A stretch of DNA of 64,000 nucleotides from Chiloscyllium plagiosum (lineage: Eukaryota): NCBI RefSeq assembly GCF_004010195.1, contig NC_057718.1, forward strand, positions 105,338,493 to 105,402,492, written 5' to 3'. The notes beneath the pieces were generated by a model. The model saw only the letters and a list, made by a program, of their open reading frames with translations, did no database searches and was not told the origin of the DNA. Shown one piece after another: positions 1-13,888 of this stretch (the first letter of the stretch is position 1; each line of letters opens with the position of its first letter). A program made the translations under genes and the position numbers.

Positions 1-360
1 CAGGGTGGTCGGGCTTGTGGATCTTGGGAAGGAGGTAGGACCGGGGAGTGCGGGGTTCCCGGACTATGAGGTTGGAAGCTGTGGGTGGGAGATCTCCCTG
101 AATTCTTGAATTCTGTATGGTCTGGGAGATGATGGTTTGGTGATGGGGGGTGGGGTCATGGTCGAGGGGGCAGTAGGAAGAGGTGTCCTCGAGTTGGCGT
201 TTGGCTTCAATGGTGTAGAGGTTAGTGTGCCAGACTACCACTGCACCCCCTTTATCCGCTGGCTTGATTGTGAGGTTGGGCTTGGAGCACGTTTCAGGCT
301 CACTGCCTTTATTCCTGATGAAGGGCTTTTGGCCGAAACGTCGATTTCTCTGCTCCTAAT
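1..360. mobile_element. Penelope-like element fragment (minus-strand ORF remnant plus inverted terminus with hammerhead core at 315-342)
   Basis: 1-280 is GC-rich and resembles the Penelope body at 45535-47170. CTGATGAagggcttttggccGAAACGTC at 315-342. Confidence 0.65.
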
Positions 361-1744
361 CCAAATCATCTAATTGTTGACCCATTCTGACATCCTCCTC
401 TTTCCATCCCTACTTCCTGTCCAACTGTCACCCAACGACTGTGGATTCTTTCCCCCCCCCCAAACCCCTCCTGCTGGCTCACGTTTCTGTTAATGTGGAT
501 TAGCTGTCTCTGGCGGTTCAGGATATACCCAGAGAATTCTGGCAATAGAATGAGGTCTTTTGCCCAGAATAATATTTGCTTTGGGCCATGCTATTTTGAA
601 CCTGCATGGCAGTGATTGCTTAGAGTTGCAAAATAAAAGTGTTACAGCAAATAGCCTTTGAAGGGTGTTTGTGTAGATATCTGGAAAATTGCTAGGCTTG
701 CATCTGATTTTGTGTCCACTGTGTGCATTAGCTTCCGGGTCTTACTCTTGGCACCACCCTTAAGTGAAAATTCTTTTTCATGTTTTGAGAATGTAAAACC
801 CAGAATCTCCTATTCTCTGGAGTTAGTTTAAAGCATAAAGTTTGCAAAATTAGGTCATATTGCTGAATATGGAGCACCAAATCATTAGAATTTTAAATTG
901 CTGCAGTAATTTGGCAATTTAGGACTTGATCAAAGCTATAATCACTAGTGTGGAAAAAGCAGTGCAGTGGTTGCGTGACAGTGTAGTCGCCTCAGAGTGC
1001 TTAGTACTGATAATGACATTCTGAGCCTACTCTAATATTATCGGTGGAAAGCTGACAAAACGCCTTAGGAATAAAGCAATTACGTGTCACAGTAGATCTG
1101 ATGCACCTACAGTTACTTTGTTCATAACAAAACACTGAGTATTTTTTTGAGAAAGTAGTTATTTATGACATGCATAATAGCAAGAATTTTGCTGGTTTTG
1201 AGTAATTAATGAAGTTTAATTTTGAAAAATAATGCAACTTTGTTTTATTCATGATCTAGAAAACAAATTTTATGACAATTTTTAAACTTCATGCAAATAA
1301 AGTGCACCTATCAGTGATTGTATTGTGATTAAGCTTTAAGATATTATCATTTTGGAATTTGTTTTTTTAAAGAGGTAAAATAGATTGTGAAAATGACTTA
1401 CTTTGTGTTTAACAGACCAGAAAGTCATTTGGAACAATGAACTAAAGACATAGGGCTTCACTTTATATTTATTAGGCTAAGTGCATGTTGTACTGAGTTT
1501 TCTTTTGGAGGGACTCCTACTGCGATACATAGTGAGATTTCTCACCATATTTTACTGGACATGTTTCATTAACCACCTACACCACCACTATGGTGTCTAT
1601 CACGTCTGATTCCATCCTCATCTTATTGTGCACCTTACTCAGAATAACTCGTCACTCAAAAGATATTTGCCGACAGACCCAGCAGTCCTTGTACCTGCCT
1701 CATCTTTTAATAGGCCACTGTGCATCTGGATGAGCATTGGAATT

Positions 1745-2885
1745 CCATAAAACTGTAAGACATAGGAGTGGAAGCAAGGCCATTTGGCCCATCGAGTCCA
1801 CACCATCATTTAATCATGGCTGATGGGCATTTCTATTCCATTTACTCACACTCTCCCTGTAGCCCTTAATTCCTTAAGAGATCAAGAATTTATCAATCTC
1901 TGCCTCGAAGACCCCCAACATCCCGGCCTCCACTGCACTCCGTTGCAATGAATTCCATAGGCCCAGCACTCTCTGGCTGAAGAAATGTCTCCTCATTTCC
2001 ATTCTAAATTGACCCCCTCTAATTTTAAGGCTGTGCCCACGCATCCTAATATCCCAGCAAAACAGAAACAACTTCCCAGCGTCTACCCTTTTTAAGCCAT
2101 GCATTATCATGTAAGTTGTTATTAGATCTCCCCATAACCTTCTAAACTCTAATGAATACATTTCCAGGATCCTTAGCCGATCATCCTATATTAGGCCTAC
2201 CATTCCAGGGATCATCCGTGTGAATCTCCGCTGGACACGCTCCAGTGCCAGTATGTCCTTCCTGAGATGTGGGACCCAAAATTGGACACAGTATTCTAAA
2301 TGGGGCCTAACTAGAGCTTTATAAAGTCTCAGTAGCACATCACTGCTTTTATATTCCAACCCTCTTGAGATAAATGACAACATTACATTCGCTTTCTTAA
2401 TCACAGACTCAACCTGCACATCAACCTTTAGAGAATCCTGGACGAGCTCTCCCAGATCCCTCTGTACTTTGGCTTTATGAATTTTCTCACCGTTTAAAAA
2501 ATAGTTCCTGCCTGTATTCTCTTTTCCAAAGTGCAAGACCTCGTACTTGCTCGCTTTGAATTTCATCAGCCATTTCCTGGACCACTCTCCTAAACCATTT
2601 AAATCTTTCTGCAGCCTCCCCACCTCCTCAGTACTACCTGCCTTTCTGCCTAACTTCGTATCATTGGCGAACTTTGCCAGAATGCCCCCAGTCCCTTCAT
2701 CCAGATCATTAATATATAAAGTGAACAGCTGAGGCCCCAACACTGAACCCTGCGGGACCCCATTTGTCATCAGCTGCCGTTCCGAAAAAGAGCCTTTTAT
2801 CCCAATTCTCTGCCTCCTGTCAGACAGCCAATCCTCAATCCATGCCAGTAGCTCACCTCAAACACCATGGGCCCTCACCTTCCAA
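1745..2885 (-). mobile_element. CR1 LINE 3' portion (RT plus tail), decayed
   Basis: ORFs 2186..2770 and 1874..2161: GVPQGSVLGPQLF, YINDLD, KFANDTKL, LYKALVRPHLEYCVQFW, LERVQRRFTRMIPG. Confidence 0.93.
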
Positions 2886-2919
2886 AGCTACCTTACTCAT
2901 TCAAGTACGTTTTGTAAAG

Positions 2920-3700
2920 ATGTTGGAGAAAGGAACAATGATACTGCAATTCTCTAACAGGAACCTGGAAGGTGATGCAAAGGTGACAGGTCTCATTCCT
3001 GTAGGATTTAACAGAGGAAGCAGCATCACCAGACACTGGCAGCATGGTACAAGGTCACAAATTGAATCAGTGCTGTCTCGATGGTGCTTAGGAGTAGCCA
3101 GCAGTGTTGTAGGAAGGTCAATGGCAAATGGTCAGGATAAGTGCCCTTCTTCTCTCTACTATTGCACCCAGCTCACACCAGAGCTCAAGCTCTGCCACTT
3201 TTGCTATTGCCTGCAACATCATCTTCCTTCATTCACCTGCTCACATTCTCTCCACCTCTACTGAACTTCCCACACCACTAACTCTGTATGGCTTCTGCAC
3301 TGCCTCCTTACCACCTTAGGATACCTCACCAGCTGTCATCCACTTGTATCAGCGCTAACAGCCATGCCAGCCACTGTCATCTCACTCAATTCCTTCCATC
3401 TTTTATTACAGCCCATAACAGGGTAGCAAATGTCCCATGGAGGTGAAAGGGTAGCAGATAGTAGGCTTCTCACCCACTGTGAGGAAAGAATCTTGGCCCT
3501 CTCAGGAAAAGACTGGAATCACTCCTGCAGGATCGCTGAGTAAGTACCAATTTTTCATTCCACTATAACTCTTACAGTAACCCTGCTCTCTCTCTGACAG
3601 TCAATCATTAATTTCACACCATTTCTAACCATTGGCCTTCTCTCCCTTTTGACTTGCAGTTACCACCAGCATCTCGTTCACTCTGTTGTGAAATACCCAA
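2920..3700 (+). mobile_element. Decayed Harbinger/PIF-type Myb/SANT-like ORF with remnant introns
   Basis: FSNRNLE (2950), AAWYKVTN*ISAVSMVLRSSQQCCRKVN (3039-3122), then AHNR..GGERVADSRLLTHCEERILALSG between ttacAG (3411) and gtaagt (3540). Contains stops and frameshifts. Confidence 0.6.
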
Positions 3701-5008
3701 CTCCCCCAGAAACCACTGGTTCAAGCTCCAGAACACCAAGCCCTCGTAGGAGGCATTGGCAAGGTTGCTTCCTGCGTGCGTGCTTCAATGTGGGGCCATA
3801 ATCTGGTGAGCACTTCACATCTGGCTGAGGAAGAAAACTCTGAGGACTGCCAGTGTCCAGGCATCTGTTCAACCTCAGGCAGGAGAGAACACTAGTGTCG
3901 GCAATCAGTGGCTTTGTCCATATCCACAGGGAGGAGAAGGAGCCAACAGGTATGTTGGACACAGTGGCCCTCATTGCCCAGAAACTGCAGCACCTTGCCA
4001 CAAGTGACAATGCAATGTACATAATTTGGTACTTTTCTATAAATGATACTTCTTTGATCTTGCATCTGGTTGTTTGTCTTTCTGTGTAGCCCCAAATGTA
4101 ACTGTTGCAGCATGAAGCAAAAAATTCATGGCCTTACGTGATGTACTGCTTTCAATGTCTATGTCAGACTCTGCTGTTGCATGTGAAAGCAAGAGGAACA
4201 AGACTAACATTGGTGAGTCTTGGAATACCCCTTCCTCTCATGTCGAGTCACTTACCCCACGTGAAAGCAAGAGGAACCACTGGCATATGAGATGACTATG
4301 CCAGGTGTTGTCATACACTTTGAGACATGGCTGTTTGCTTGCTGCACTTGGCAGTTTGCTGCATAAACTGCTGACATATGGTGCAAATGTGACATTGACA
4401 CAGCACACTGCCATATAGCAGATATCCATCCCCTTGACTGAGGACTGCTGACTCATGCATACTACCTGGTTTTATGTGATTGTGCTAATTGGCACAGCCA
4501 AGAAAAGCATGGATGTTGCGAGCATGCAGGTAGCGATCAAATGAGGAGCCCTGTGATGCAAACTGATTCAATCTATGAGCTAGGTGCCAGTTCCTGCACA
4601 TTCTGTGCTGCTGCTGTAAGCTTTCAACACTAGTTGTCAGTGTAAGGCTGTGCTTCCAGAGCACCTTGCAGATGTATCAGAGAGTGCCTTGATGGTTGTG
4701 AGGGGTTAGCAAAAGCCAGATACCAGTGTCTGCCGATGAACAGTGCATACTGCTGGTGTGCATGGATTGTTCCCTGGGATGCTGTTTAGTCCTGAACAAC
4801 ATGGAAGTCCTTTGGAGCAAGCAAGGAACTGAAGTCACCAGATACACACTGTCATTTTCATGACTAGTTTTCTTGACACCTTGTGTGTTTGGCACATTTA
4901 GAAACAGGAAGCTGAACATTAATGCAGTGAGTTAGGCCATCAAAGGAATTTAACAAGCAATAATCAGCCTTAAAAGCAACTCAAGCTCCTGAGTGAGAAA
5001 CTCACTTA

Positions 5009-5330
5009 TTAGATTAGATTAGATTAGATTACTTACAGTGTGGAAACAGGCCCTTCGGCCCAACAAGTCCACACCGACCCGCCGAAGTGCAACACACCCA
5101 TACCCCTACATTTACCCCTTACCTAACACTACGGGCAATTTAGCATGGCCAATTCACCTGACCTGCACATCTTTGGACTGTGGGAGGAAACCGGAGCACC
5201 CGGAGGAAACCCACACAGACACGGGGAGAACGTGCAAACTCCACACAGTCAGTCGCCTGAGGCGGGAATTGAACCCGGGTCTCTGGCGCTGCGAGGCAGC
5301 AGTGCTAACCACTGTGCCACCGTGCCGCCC
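5009..5330 (-). mobile_element. tRNA-derived V-SINE (HE1-like), full length
   Basis: Reverse strand shows GGGCGGCACGGTGGCACAGTGG (A box), GGTTCAATTCC (B box), the V-core GTGGAGTTTGCACGTTCTCCCCGTGTCTG and a (TCTAA)n tail. Confidence 0.92.
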
Positions 5331-5529
5331 ACAAAAGTACACAAGCTGGAGTGAGATGCTCCCAATATTGAGTTAAGCCTCGTCAGACTTCTTGTCCTGT
5401 TCTGCCACAAATATTGTCATAGCCCATGTCACTGAGACTGCTTTAAGATTCTGCCTATGATTTTCAAGAAATCATGTGATTTTAGTTAAATGTCTCAACT
5501 TGGGAAGCTAATTGCCTCTTCTTTAGTGA

Positions 5530-6500
5530 ACAACAAACTGACGTCATAGTAGAGTGAACAGCCAATGAGGAACTTCAAATCAGCGTCTACAGGAAAACAC
5601 CACATATGGACCAAATATTGAACTACAGAAGCAATCAGCCCAACACCCACAAACGAAGCTGCATCAGAACATTATTTCAATGAGCCACCACACACTGCAG
5701 CACAGAGGAACTACGCAGAGCAGAGGAAAATCACTTGTGCAGTGTATTCAAAAAGAATGGGTATCCAATGAACACAGTCCATCGATTTCTCAGCAATAAA
5801 CCCAAACAAGCAGACAAAATGCGTCCAGAAACCCTAGCCACTCTCCCCTGCAGCAAAGACATCTCGGTAATGACTGCTAGACTACTCCGACCCCTTGAGA
5901 TCATGGTAGCCCACAAACTCACCAACACACTAAAACAGCAGCTAATGAACTTGAAAGACCCTATACAGACAACAAGCAGAACTAATGTCATTTACAAGAT
6001 ACCATGCAAGGACTGTCACAAACACTACATTGGACAAACAGGCAGAAACTAGCCACCAGGATACATGAACATCAACTAGCCACAACACGACATGACCCTT
6101 TCTCACTAGTATCCTTACATACGATGAGGAAGGACACCACTTCGACTGAGACAACACATCCATCCTAGGACAAGCCAAACAGAGACACGCAGAAGAATTC
6201 CTAGAAGCATGGCATTCCAACTGGAACTCAATCAACAAACACATTGACTTGGACCCGATTTACCACCTATTGAGAAAAAGAACAGGAAATGACATCACCA
6301 CAGGAAACGACATCACCAATCCAAAGAAGCCCAAACATATAAACAGAAAGCAGGAATCATCAGCAGTGCTTTGTCTGGAGGCTCACTGAAGATGTTACCT
6401 AATATGGTGACGAAACATCTGAAAATAAACCTTCCAGCTCAGCGAGCAAACCTACATGCATAACCTCGACCTGAGCTACATATCTTCTCAAAACTCGCTA
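5530..6500 (+). mobile_element. Penelope-like element 3' part (RT C-terminus, GIY-YIG endonuclease, terminal repeat)
   Basis: ORF 5735..6052 has NGYP and NVIYKIPCKDCHKHYIGQTGR (GIY-YIG). A hammerhead-like core lies at 6386-6419. Confidence 0.9.
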
Positions 6501-6572
6501 AATCTCCAGCCAATGAAAGTTTAGTTTGTAGACGTCTCCCAGCTGTCAGAGCTGGAAGAATGTCTTCAGTTG

Positions 6573-7735
6573 CAAGAGACCTTGGAGTGCAGGTTCATAG
6601 TTCCTTGAAAGTAGAATTGCAGGTAGATAGAATAGAGAAGAAGGTGATGGTAGACTTTCCTTTATTGGGCAGACCATTTATATAGGAGTTGGGAGGTTAT
6701 GTTGCGGATATTGGTTAGGCCACTACTGGAAGATTGCATACAATTCTGGTCTCTTTCCTACTGGGAGGATGTTGTGACACCTATAAGAGTTTAGAAAAGA
6801 TTTACGAGAATGTTGCCAGGGTTGGAGGATTTGAGCTATAGGGAGAGGCTGAAAAAGGTGGGGGTGTTTTCCCTGGAGCGTCGGAGGCTGAGGGGTGACC
6901 TTATAGAGGTTTATGGGGTGGGGGAGTTGAGAACTAGAGAGTATGGGTTTAGGATGAGAGGGGAAAGAAATAAAAAGGACCGAAGGGACAACTTTTTCAC
7001 GCAGAGTGTGGTGCATGTATGGAAAGAGCTGCCAGAGGAAGTGGTGGGGGCTGTACAATTACAGCATTTAAGAGGCATCTGGATGGGTATATGAATAGTT
7101 TGGGTTTAGAGAACTATGGGTCAAATGCTGGCAAATGGGAGTAGATGAGGTTAGGATATCTGGTCGGCATGGACGAGTTGGACCGAAGAGTCTGTTTCTT
7201 CCTGTACATCTCTATGACTTTATGGCTTCAGCAGTCCAGGAATAAGAAGAGTCATTTAAATAAGAAATTAAAAAGTTAATGGAGGAATAAGATTTCAATG
7301 GGATTGAGAAACACTAAAGGATATTAATGGGAAAAATAATTGTTTTTGCTGTTAATTGGTGACCTTTTAGAGGTGTATAAAATCATGAAGGACATGGACA
7401 GGTGCCAAAGTCTTTTTCCTAGGGTGGAGGAATTCAAAATGAGAGGATGTAGGTTTAAGGTAAGAGGGGAAAGGTTTATAAAGGATCTGAGGAGTAACTT
7501 TTTCACGCAGAGGGTGATACATGTATGGAACAAGCTGCCAGAGGAAGTAGTGGAGGCGGGTACAATTACAATATTTAAAAGGCATCTGGATGGGTATATA
7601 AATAAGAAGGGTTGAGAGGAATATGGGCCAAATGCTGATAAATGGGACTAGGTTGGATTGGGATAGCTGGTCGGTGTTGACAAGTTGAGCTAAAGGGTCT
7701 GTTTCCATGCTCTGACCCTATGACTTTATGATTGT
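6573..7735 (+). mobile_element. Two 5'-truncated CR1 LINE 3' ends
   Basis: ORFs 6810..7094 (LSYRERL..FSLERRRLRGDLIEVY) and 7340..7615 (GDLLEVYKIM..NFFTQRV..WNKLPEEVVEA), each with a (ctatgact) tail. Confidence 0.9.
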
Positions 7736-7929
7736 ATAAATTTTTAAAATGTATTCTATATGTATAGCTTTTTTTCTTTTTTATGCTTGAAGCTGGTGCT
7801 GTTTTGTTAAAAGAATATCGGCAGCTTTGTGTGAATATGTTCAGTAATTAACCACCACAGAAGTCAAACTGCTAATGTAAAACATTTTTGATCAGTGAAG
7901 CTGGGTTTCACTCTGGGATCTGTCCATTA

Positions 7930-9095
7930 TTAGAAAGGGTTTATAGCATTTGAAGAATTCAAGCAAATTAGAGAACGATGTAACAAGCAAAGTGGATATT
8001 GGGGAATCTGTAGATGTAGCATAACTGAACTTATAGAAGGCACAAAAGGTTAATAGACAAGGTATGATCACATAGGGTTAAGGGCAACATATTAGTTTGG
8101 ATAGAGGATTGGATTACCAATAGCAAGCAGAGAGTCAGAATAAATGGGTCTTTTCCTTGTTGGCAAGCTGCAATTAGTGGGGTACCACAGGATTCAGTCC
8201 TCAAGACCCCAACTATTTACAATCTATATTAGTGACTGAGATGCAGGATAAAATATGCTGTAGCCAAATTTGTAGGTGACACTAAAATAAGTGGGAAAGT
8301 GAATTGCAATAAATAAATAAGAAATTTATAAATGGATATGGATAGGTTAGGTAAATGGGCTAAAATTTGGCAGATGAAGCTTAACATGGATAAATGTAAG
8401 GTTAACCATTTTGGTCAGAAGAATAGAAAGGCAACTTATGTAAATGGAGAGAAATTTGAGAGTGTCTTGTTGCAGAGAGATCTTGTGCAGGAATCGCAGA
8501 AAACTAGTATGCAGGTACAGCAGATAGTAAGGAAAGCAAATGAATTTTGGCATTTGTTGCTAAAGGAATGGAGCTTAAAAACAGGGAAGTGTTGCAATTG
8601 TGTAAGGCATTGGTGAGGCTGCATCTGGAGTACTGCGTAGGGTTTTGGTCCCCCTACTTGAAGGATATAATTGCATTTGAATCAGTTCAGAGGAGGTTCA
8701 CTGGATTAATTCCAGTGATGGAAAACTTGTCTTATGAGGAGAGGTTAAGCAGTTTAAAAGAATGAGAGGAAATCTAATTGAGGTATATAAAGTGCTGAAG
8801 GGGATTGACAAAATAAATGTAGAGTGGATGTTTGGGCAATCTAGAATGAGAGGTTGTTGTTTTACATTTAGGCATGGCAGATTTAAAATCAATGAGAAAT
8901 TGCTTCTCTCAAAGGGTCGCTAACCCAGAGTGCAGTTGGTGTTGGGACACTGAATAATTTTGAGGAGGAGATAGGCAACTTTTTAATAAGTAATGAGTTA
9001 AAAAATAATGAAGAATAGGCAGGAAAGTTGAGGCTGATATGATCGCACCTGAGCAGCATTGAAGGGTTCAATTGCCTACTCATGCTCTTAGGTTT
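7930..9095 (+). mobile_element. CR1 LINE RT fragment, decayed
   Basis: ORFs 8332..8616 and 8547..8765 (WAKIWQMKLNMDKCKV, ALVRLHLEYCVGFWSPY, ESVQRRFTGLIP). Confidence 0.88.
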
Positions 9096-10609
9096 TTTTT
9101 CTCATACCATCAGCTGGGATCCTAACAGTATGTCTGAGCAGACCTATAAGGTGTACGAGAGTTTGTACTATTTGTTCTGGACTGACTTTAAGGACCTTCC
9201 TATTTATGTAAAGTTTACAATGCTGTTATGTATCTATGCAATAAGATCCTTTCAGGCTACCCCGAAGAAGAACTACCACCTAAGTCATATCTATGAAAAA
9301 GCATTTGACTAATAGGGTGTTTTTATCAGGAGGGAGAAAAGACACTTGACTAATTCCCTGCTGGAAAGAAGACAAAATCAAGTGAGGATGCAGACCTTTT
9401 TCCACTAGCCAGTCATCCCAGGAGCTTTTTTATCCCCAGCAATGAGGCTGTACATATGACATTGAATGTGTCCATTACCACAAAGGTTATAACCCCATAA
9501 AAGTGTAGGTAGTTTCAAATTTTGTGAAATTTGATATATTATCCAGGGAGCAACCTCTATTGCTTTTGTAACACAATAGTCTTTTATTTGCATTATTTGT
9601 ACGTCCCAAAAGAACAAATGATGTAATCTTTAATCGGAATCTGTCCTGCATGCATGGTGGAGGTTAATGACTACCTCCCAAATCCACAACACATGACTCC
9701 AAATAGAAGAGAAAAAAACAACAGATTTTTAATAAATTTGAACACAAATGGAGTTGTCCCAACTATATAATGAGTACACTTTGACTTTTGAGTTGTTGTT
9801 CAGTTATTTTATTTTAAACACTCCATTTTCTTTTACGTATGCAAACACTTGCTCTTTTAAAAAAATGCACAAAATAAATAGCTGAATAAAATGTTTGAAA
9901 CTAATGATATAGATTTTATTCACATTAATTTAAGGACATTATCAACCAGATACTATCAGGTCTATGAGATGCATTTTGCCATGTTATGCCTCGTGCAAAA
10001 TTATAAACAATGCATATGTTCACACTGTAGAAATTTTAGCCAACCGAGCTGCAGCTCTGAAGAGAAATGTCACATGAAAACCAGGATTTCTGGAACAACT
10101 AAGACTGTCAGGTTATTTTCATTTGTTTTAAATATCTGTGATGCAGGAGTTATGTCATTCATTGCCCTAAGATGATGATGATGATGCTATAATCTTTGTA
10201 GTAATCAAGCTTTCACAATGTATTGAGTGAAGGAGTGCATGTTTTTGGTGCTGATATTAAGTAATGGGATGCATAGCGTGTGGGACTTGGAAACACAGAA
10301 AATAGGATTAGGATCAGGAGTAGGCCTTTTGGCCCTTTAATCCTGCTCCATCATTTAATATGATGATGAAATCCCTGCTGAAATGCTAAAATATGTCGAA
10401 CAGACACTGTGACACAAATCCATGATCACATTAAACTTATCTGGGAGGAAGCGAGCATACTAGGAAATCTTGAAAATGGTCACAATTATGATATCTGACA
10501 AAGAAAACATCTGACTGGAAATTACAAAGAAATTTCATAGGAATGGCCATTATGAGAATCCTCCTCAATCATCTCCCAATAGCTGAAAAGCTCCTCTACG
10601 AGTATCAAC

Positions 10610-11255
10610 ATAATTCCTTGAAGTTTGCATCGCAGGTAGACAGATTGGTGAAGAAGGCCTTTAGCACGCTTGCCTTTATCACTCAGACTTTGTATATAGC
10701 AGTTAGGCCATCATGTTGAGGTTGTACAGGACATTGATGAGGCTTCTTCTGGAGTACTGTGTACAGTTCTGATCACACTGCTTTGGTAGGATATTATTAA
10801 ATTGGAGAGGGTTCAGAAAAGATTTACCAAGATATTGCTGGGACTGGAGAGTTTGTGGTATAGGCTGGGACTTTTTTCACTGGTGTGCAGGAGGTTGAGG
10901 AGTGATCATATAGAGGTTTATAAAATTTGAGGGGCACAGATAGGGTGAATAGGTCTTTTCTCTGGGGTGAATAAGTTCAAAACAAGAGGGCTTTTTTTAA
11001 AGTGAGAGGAGAGTGATTTAAGAGGGACCTGTGAGGCAATTTTTCACATTATGATGGTTTGTATGTGGAATGAACTGCCAGAGGAAATGGTATATTCAAG
11101 TATACTTATAATATTTAAAATAAATTTTGGATAGATACATGAATAGGGAAGGATTAGAGGGATCTGGACCAAATGCAGGCACTAGTTTAGTTTGAGAAAC
11201 TTGGTCAGCAAGGACAACTTGGACCGAAAGGACGGTTTCTGTGCTGTGTGACCCT
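10610..11255 (+). mobile_element. CR1 LINE 3' end
   Basis: Same RT C-terminus and tail as 6573-7225 (ctggagtactgtgtacagttctg, ggagagggttcagaaaagattt). Confidence 0.85.
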
Positions 11256-12570
11256 ACAAAGAGGCACAATGGACACAATTTTCAGTGCACAACAAATCCA
11301 AGTGCAGGGAACAGTACCGACCTCTGTATGTGGCCTTCGATTCAGTCAATTGCGAGAATTGTGGAATATCCTCTTCAAGTTTGACTGTTTGCAGAAATTC
11401 ATCACCACTCTTCACCTCTTCATATTGACATGCAAACTGTGATCCTCACCATCATGGACCCAATATCGGTGCAAACTGGGGTCAAGCACTGCCATTTCAT
11501 TATACCAACACTCTTCTCCATCTTCTTCACTGCAACCTTCCACCCCATCTCTGCGAAGCTCCCTGCCAGAGTGGAGTTCTTCTACAGGATAAATGCAAAA
11601 CTATTAAACCTTTGCCTCCAGATCACAACCAAATCCACCCGTCTGTCATCATCAGGCTGCAGACAGCAGATGACACCAGCAGGTGTGTGCAATGACACTG
11701 AGCTGCAAACCATCAACACATTCACCAAGGCATGAGTGAGTGGGCCTCAGACTAAATATCCAGAAAATAAAAGTTCTGTACTGTACCACTCCTGCCGCAC
11801 AACACTGCCCCTGACAATCAAAATCCACAGCAAGCCCCTGACAATTATCATTTCTCATACCTTGGGAGCCTCCAGTCAGTGTAAGCAATATGCCAATGCA
11901 GCCATCAGGCACCTGAGGAACAGAGTATTCAAAACCTCAAACCCAGCGCCAAGCTTATGGTCTATTGAGCAGCCTTGATCCCCACCCTCCTGTATGTATC
12001 AGAAACATGAACCGTATACACCTCAAATCCCTGGAGAGTTATCAGCAGTACTGCCTTTACAAAATCCTGCAAATCCATTAGCAGAATAGACATACCAACG
12101 TGTGCCCTCCCAAGCCAATATCCCTAGTATTGAGGCATTGGTCACGCGAGACCAGTGTGCCCAACACAAGACTCCCTAAACAAGTGCTGTTCTCCAAGCT
12201 CTACAATAGTAAATGATCACTGGGAGAGCAGAGGAAATACTACAAGGACACCCTGAAAGCCTTTCTTGAAAAAAATTGCAACATTCCCACACTCTGTCAA
12301 GTGGGAATTGCTTTCCCGAGAACATACAAACTGAAGTGAAGCATCTGTGAAGGTGCCAACTACTTTGACCATCACCTGAGTGAAGCTACTTGGTAGCCAA
12401 GCATAAGCAACAGAAAGAGCGCACAGAATCGAGAGTGTGTCATCCAATTGTCTCAAGAAACACCACCTGCCTCACCTGTGGCAGTCTTTATCTCCAGGAT
12501 TGGACTATACAGTCATTGGGGAACACCGCTGCCCCCTAATGGAAACAAGTCATCCTCGACCCTAAGGGCA
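11255..12570 (+). mobile_element. RTE-clade LINE fragment, decayed
   Basis: RGTMDTIFSAQQIQ..CREQYRPLYVAF, VQTGVK..IIPTLFSIF, and downstream KILQIH-type motifs typical of RTE RT. Confidence 0.8.
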
Positions 12571-13174
12571 GACATCCAACTCTTGACTCTGTTCCTGCTT
12601 TCACCTCATATCCTGTGATCACTTTCGCCATTAAAAACTATGTCTAACTTCTTGAAAACATTCTGCCACAGAGAATTCCAAAAGTTTATACTCTCTGGGT
12701 GAAGAAATTTCTTCTCATCTCAGTCTCAAATGGCTTACACTGTAAAGTCTGATAAACCTTTGTTGCATTCTCTCCATAGCCAGAACATCCTTCCTCAGAT
12801 ATGTACTGCACATAATCCTTCAAGCGCGGTCTCACCAAGGCTGTGTACATTTGCAGCAAGACGTTCCTGCTCCTATACACAACATTGCTACTCTTGTGTT
12901 TTGTGATGGCAGAGATGAGGAAATATTTCTTCGCCCGAGAGTGGTGAGTCTATGAAGTTCACTACTAAAGAAAGCAGCAAAGGCTAAAATATTGTTTGAT
13001 TTTAAGGAGGAGTTGTATAGAGCACTTGGGCTAAAGGGATCAAAGGGTATGGGTGAAAAGGTGGAATAGGTTCAAAGGGCCAAATGACTTACTCTTTTTT
13101 TTAATGTTTCTTTGAGGGATGAGGAGAAATGCTGTTGATGTAAATGTGGCAATTTGTTATTTCTTTTGGTCCAG

Positions 13175-13209
13175 TAGATAGTACAAGATGCATCCATGGT
13201 ACTCTGGAG
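13175..13209 (+). other. Candidate upstream WDPCP micro-exon (ATG at 13188, MHPWYSG)
   Basis: Acceptor tttcttttggtccAG, donor GAG|gtaaat. Its phase-1 end joins exon 26759 in frame. No homology support. Confidence 0.3.
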
Positions 13210-13888
13210 GTAAATGTCGTGATTGAGGAGGAACCAATCAAGTAAATATTAAATGATTTTCTTAAAAAGACATAATTTTAGTCTTGCAAAAATTTTTGAT
13301 TTTGTTAATTTTTATTGCAAGGTTCTCTAACTGCCCAGGAGAAACAAACAAATCTGTAGGAGTTTTTCTCCTCATCGTCAAAGCATTCTGTACTTTTGAT
13401 TCATACTTAAACTGTTGCTACGTTTCATTTTTGCAGCTGTTTCACTTTGAATCAGCCTGTGGAAAATGAGAAGTGACACAAAAGTAAGTGATAAGGTTGA
13501 CACAAAAAGTCTGAGGAAGAATATCGACAGGTTAACCAAGTGGGCAAAAACTTGGCTGGGCAAAACTTGAGGTTACACACTGTTACAGGAAGAATAGAGG
13601 AGCTAACTGTTGTTTAAATGGAGAAAGACTGCAGAAAGATACAGCAGCGATTTGGAAGTCCTTGTATCACAAAAAGCTAGCATACAAGTTCAGCGGGTAA
13701 TAGGGAATGCAAATGGAATGTTGGCCTCTGTTTCAATGTGAATGGAGTATAAAAATGGGGATGATATGCTAAAATTATACAGGGCACTTTTCTTATAAAT
13801 GATTTGTTATTTATATAGGTACCAGAGTATGATGACTTAGACACTTCTCACTGTATTTTTTTGTAAATATACAAGTGACAATAAATTA

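Noticed and set aside
4180..4280. Direct repeat GTGAAAGCAAGAGGAAC twice, about 78 bp apart (CRISPR-like spacing)
   Set aside because: Only two units in eukaryotic repeat-derived DNA; a simple local duplication.
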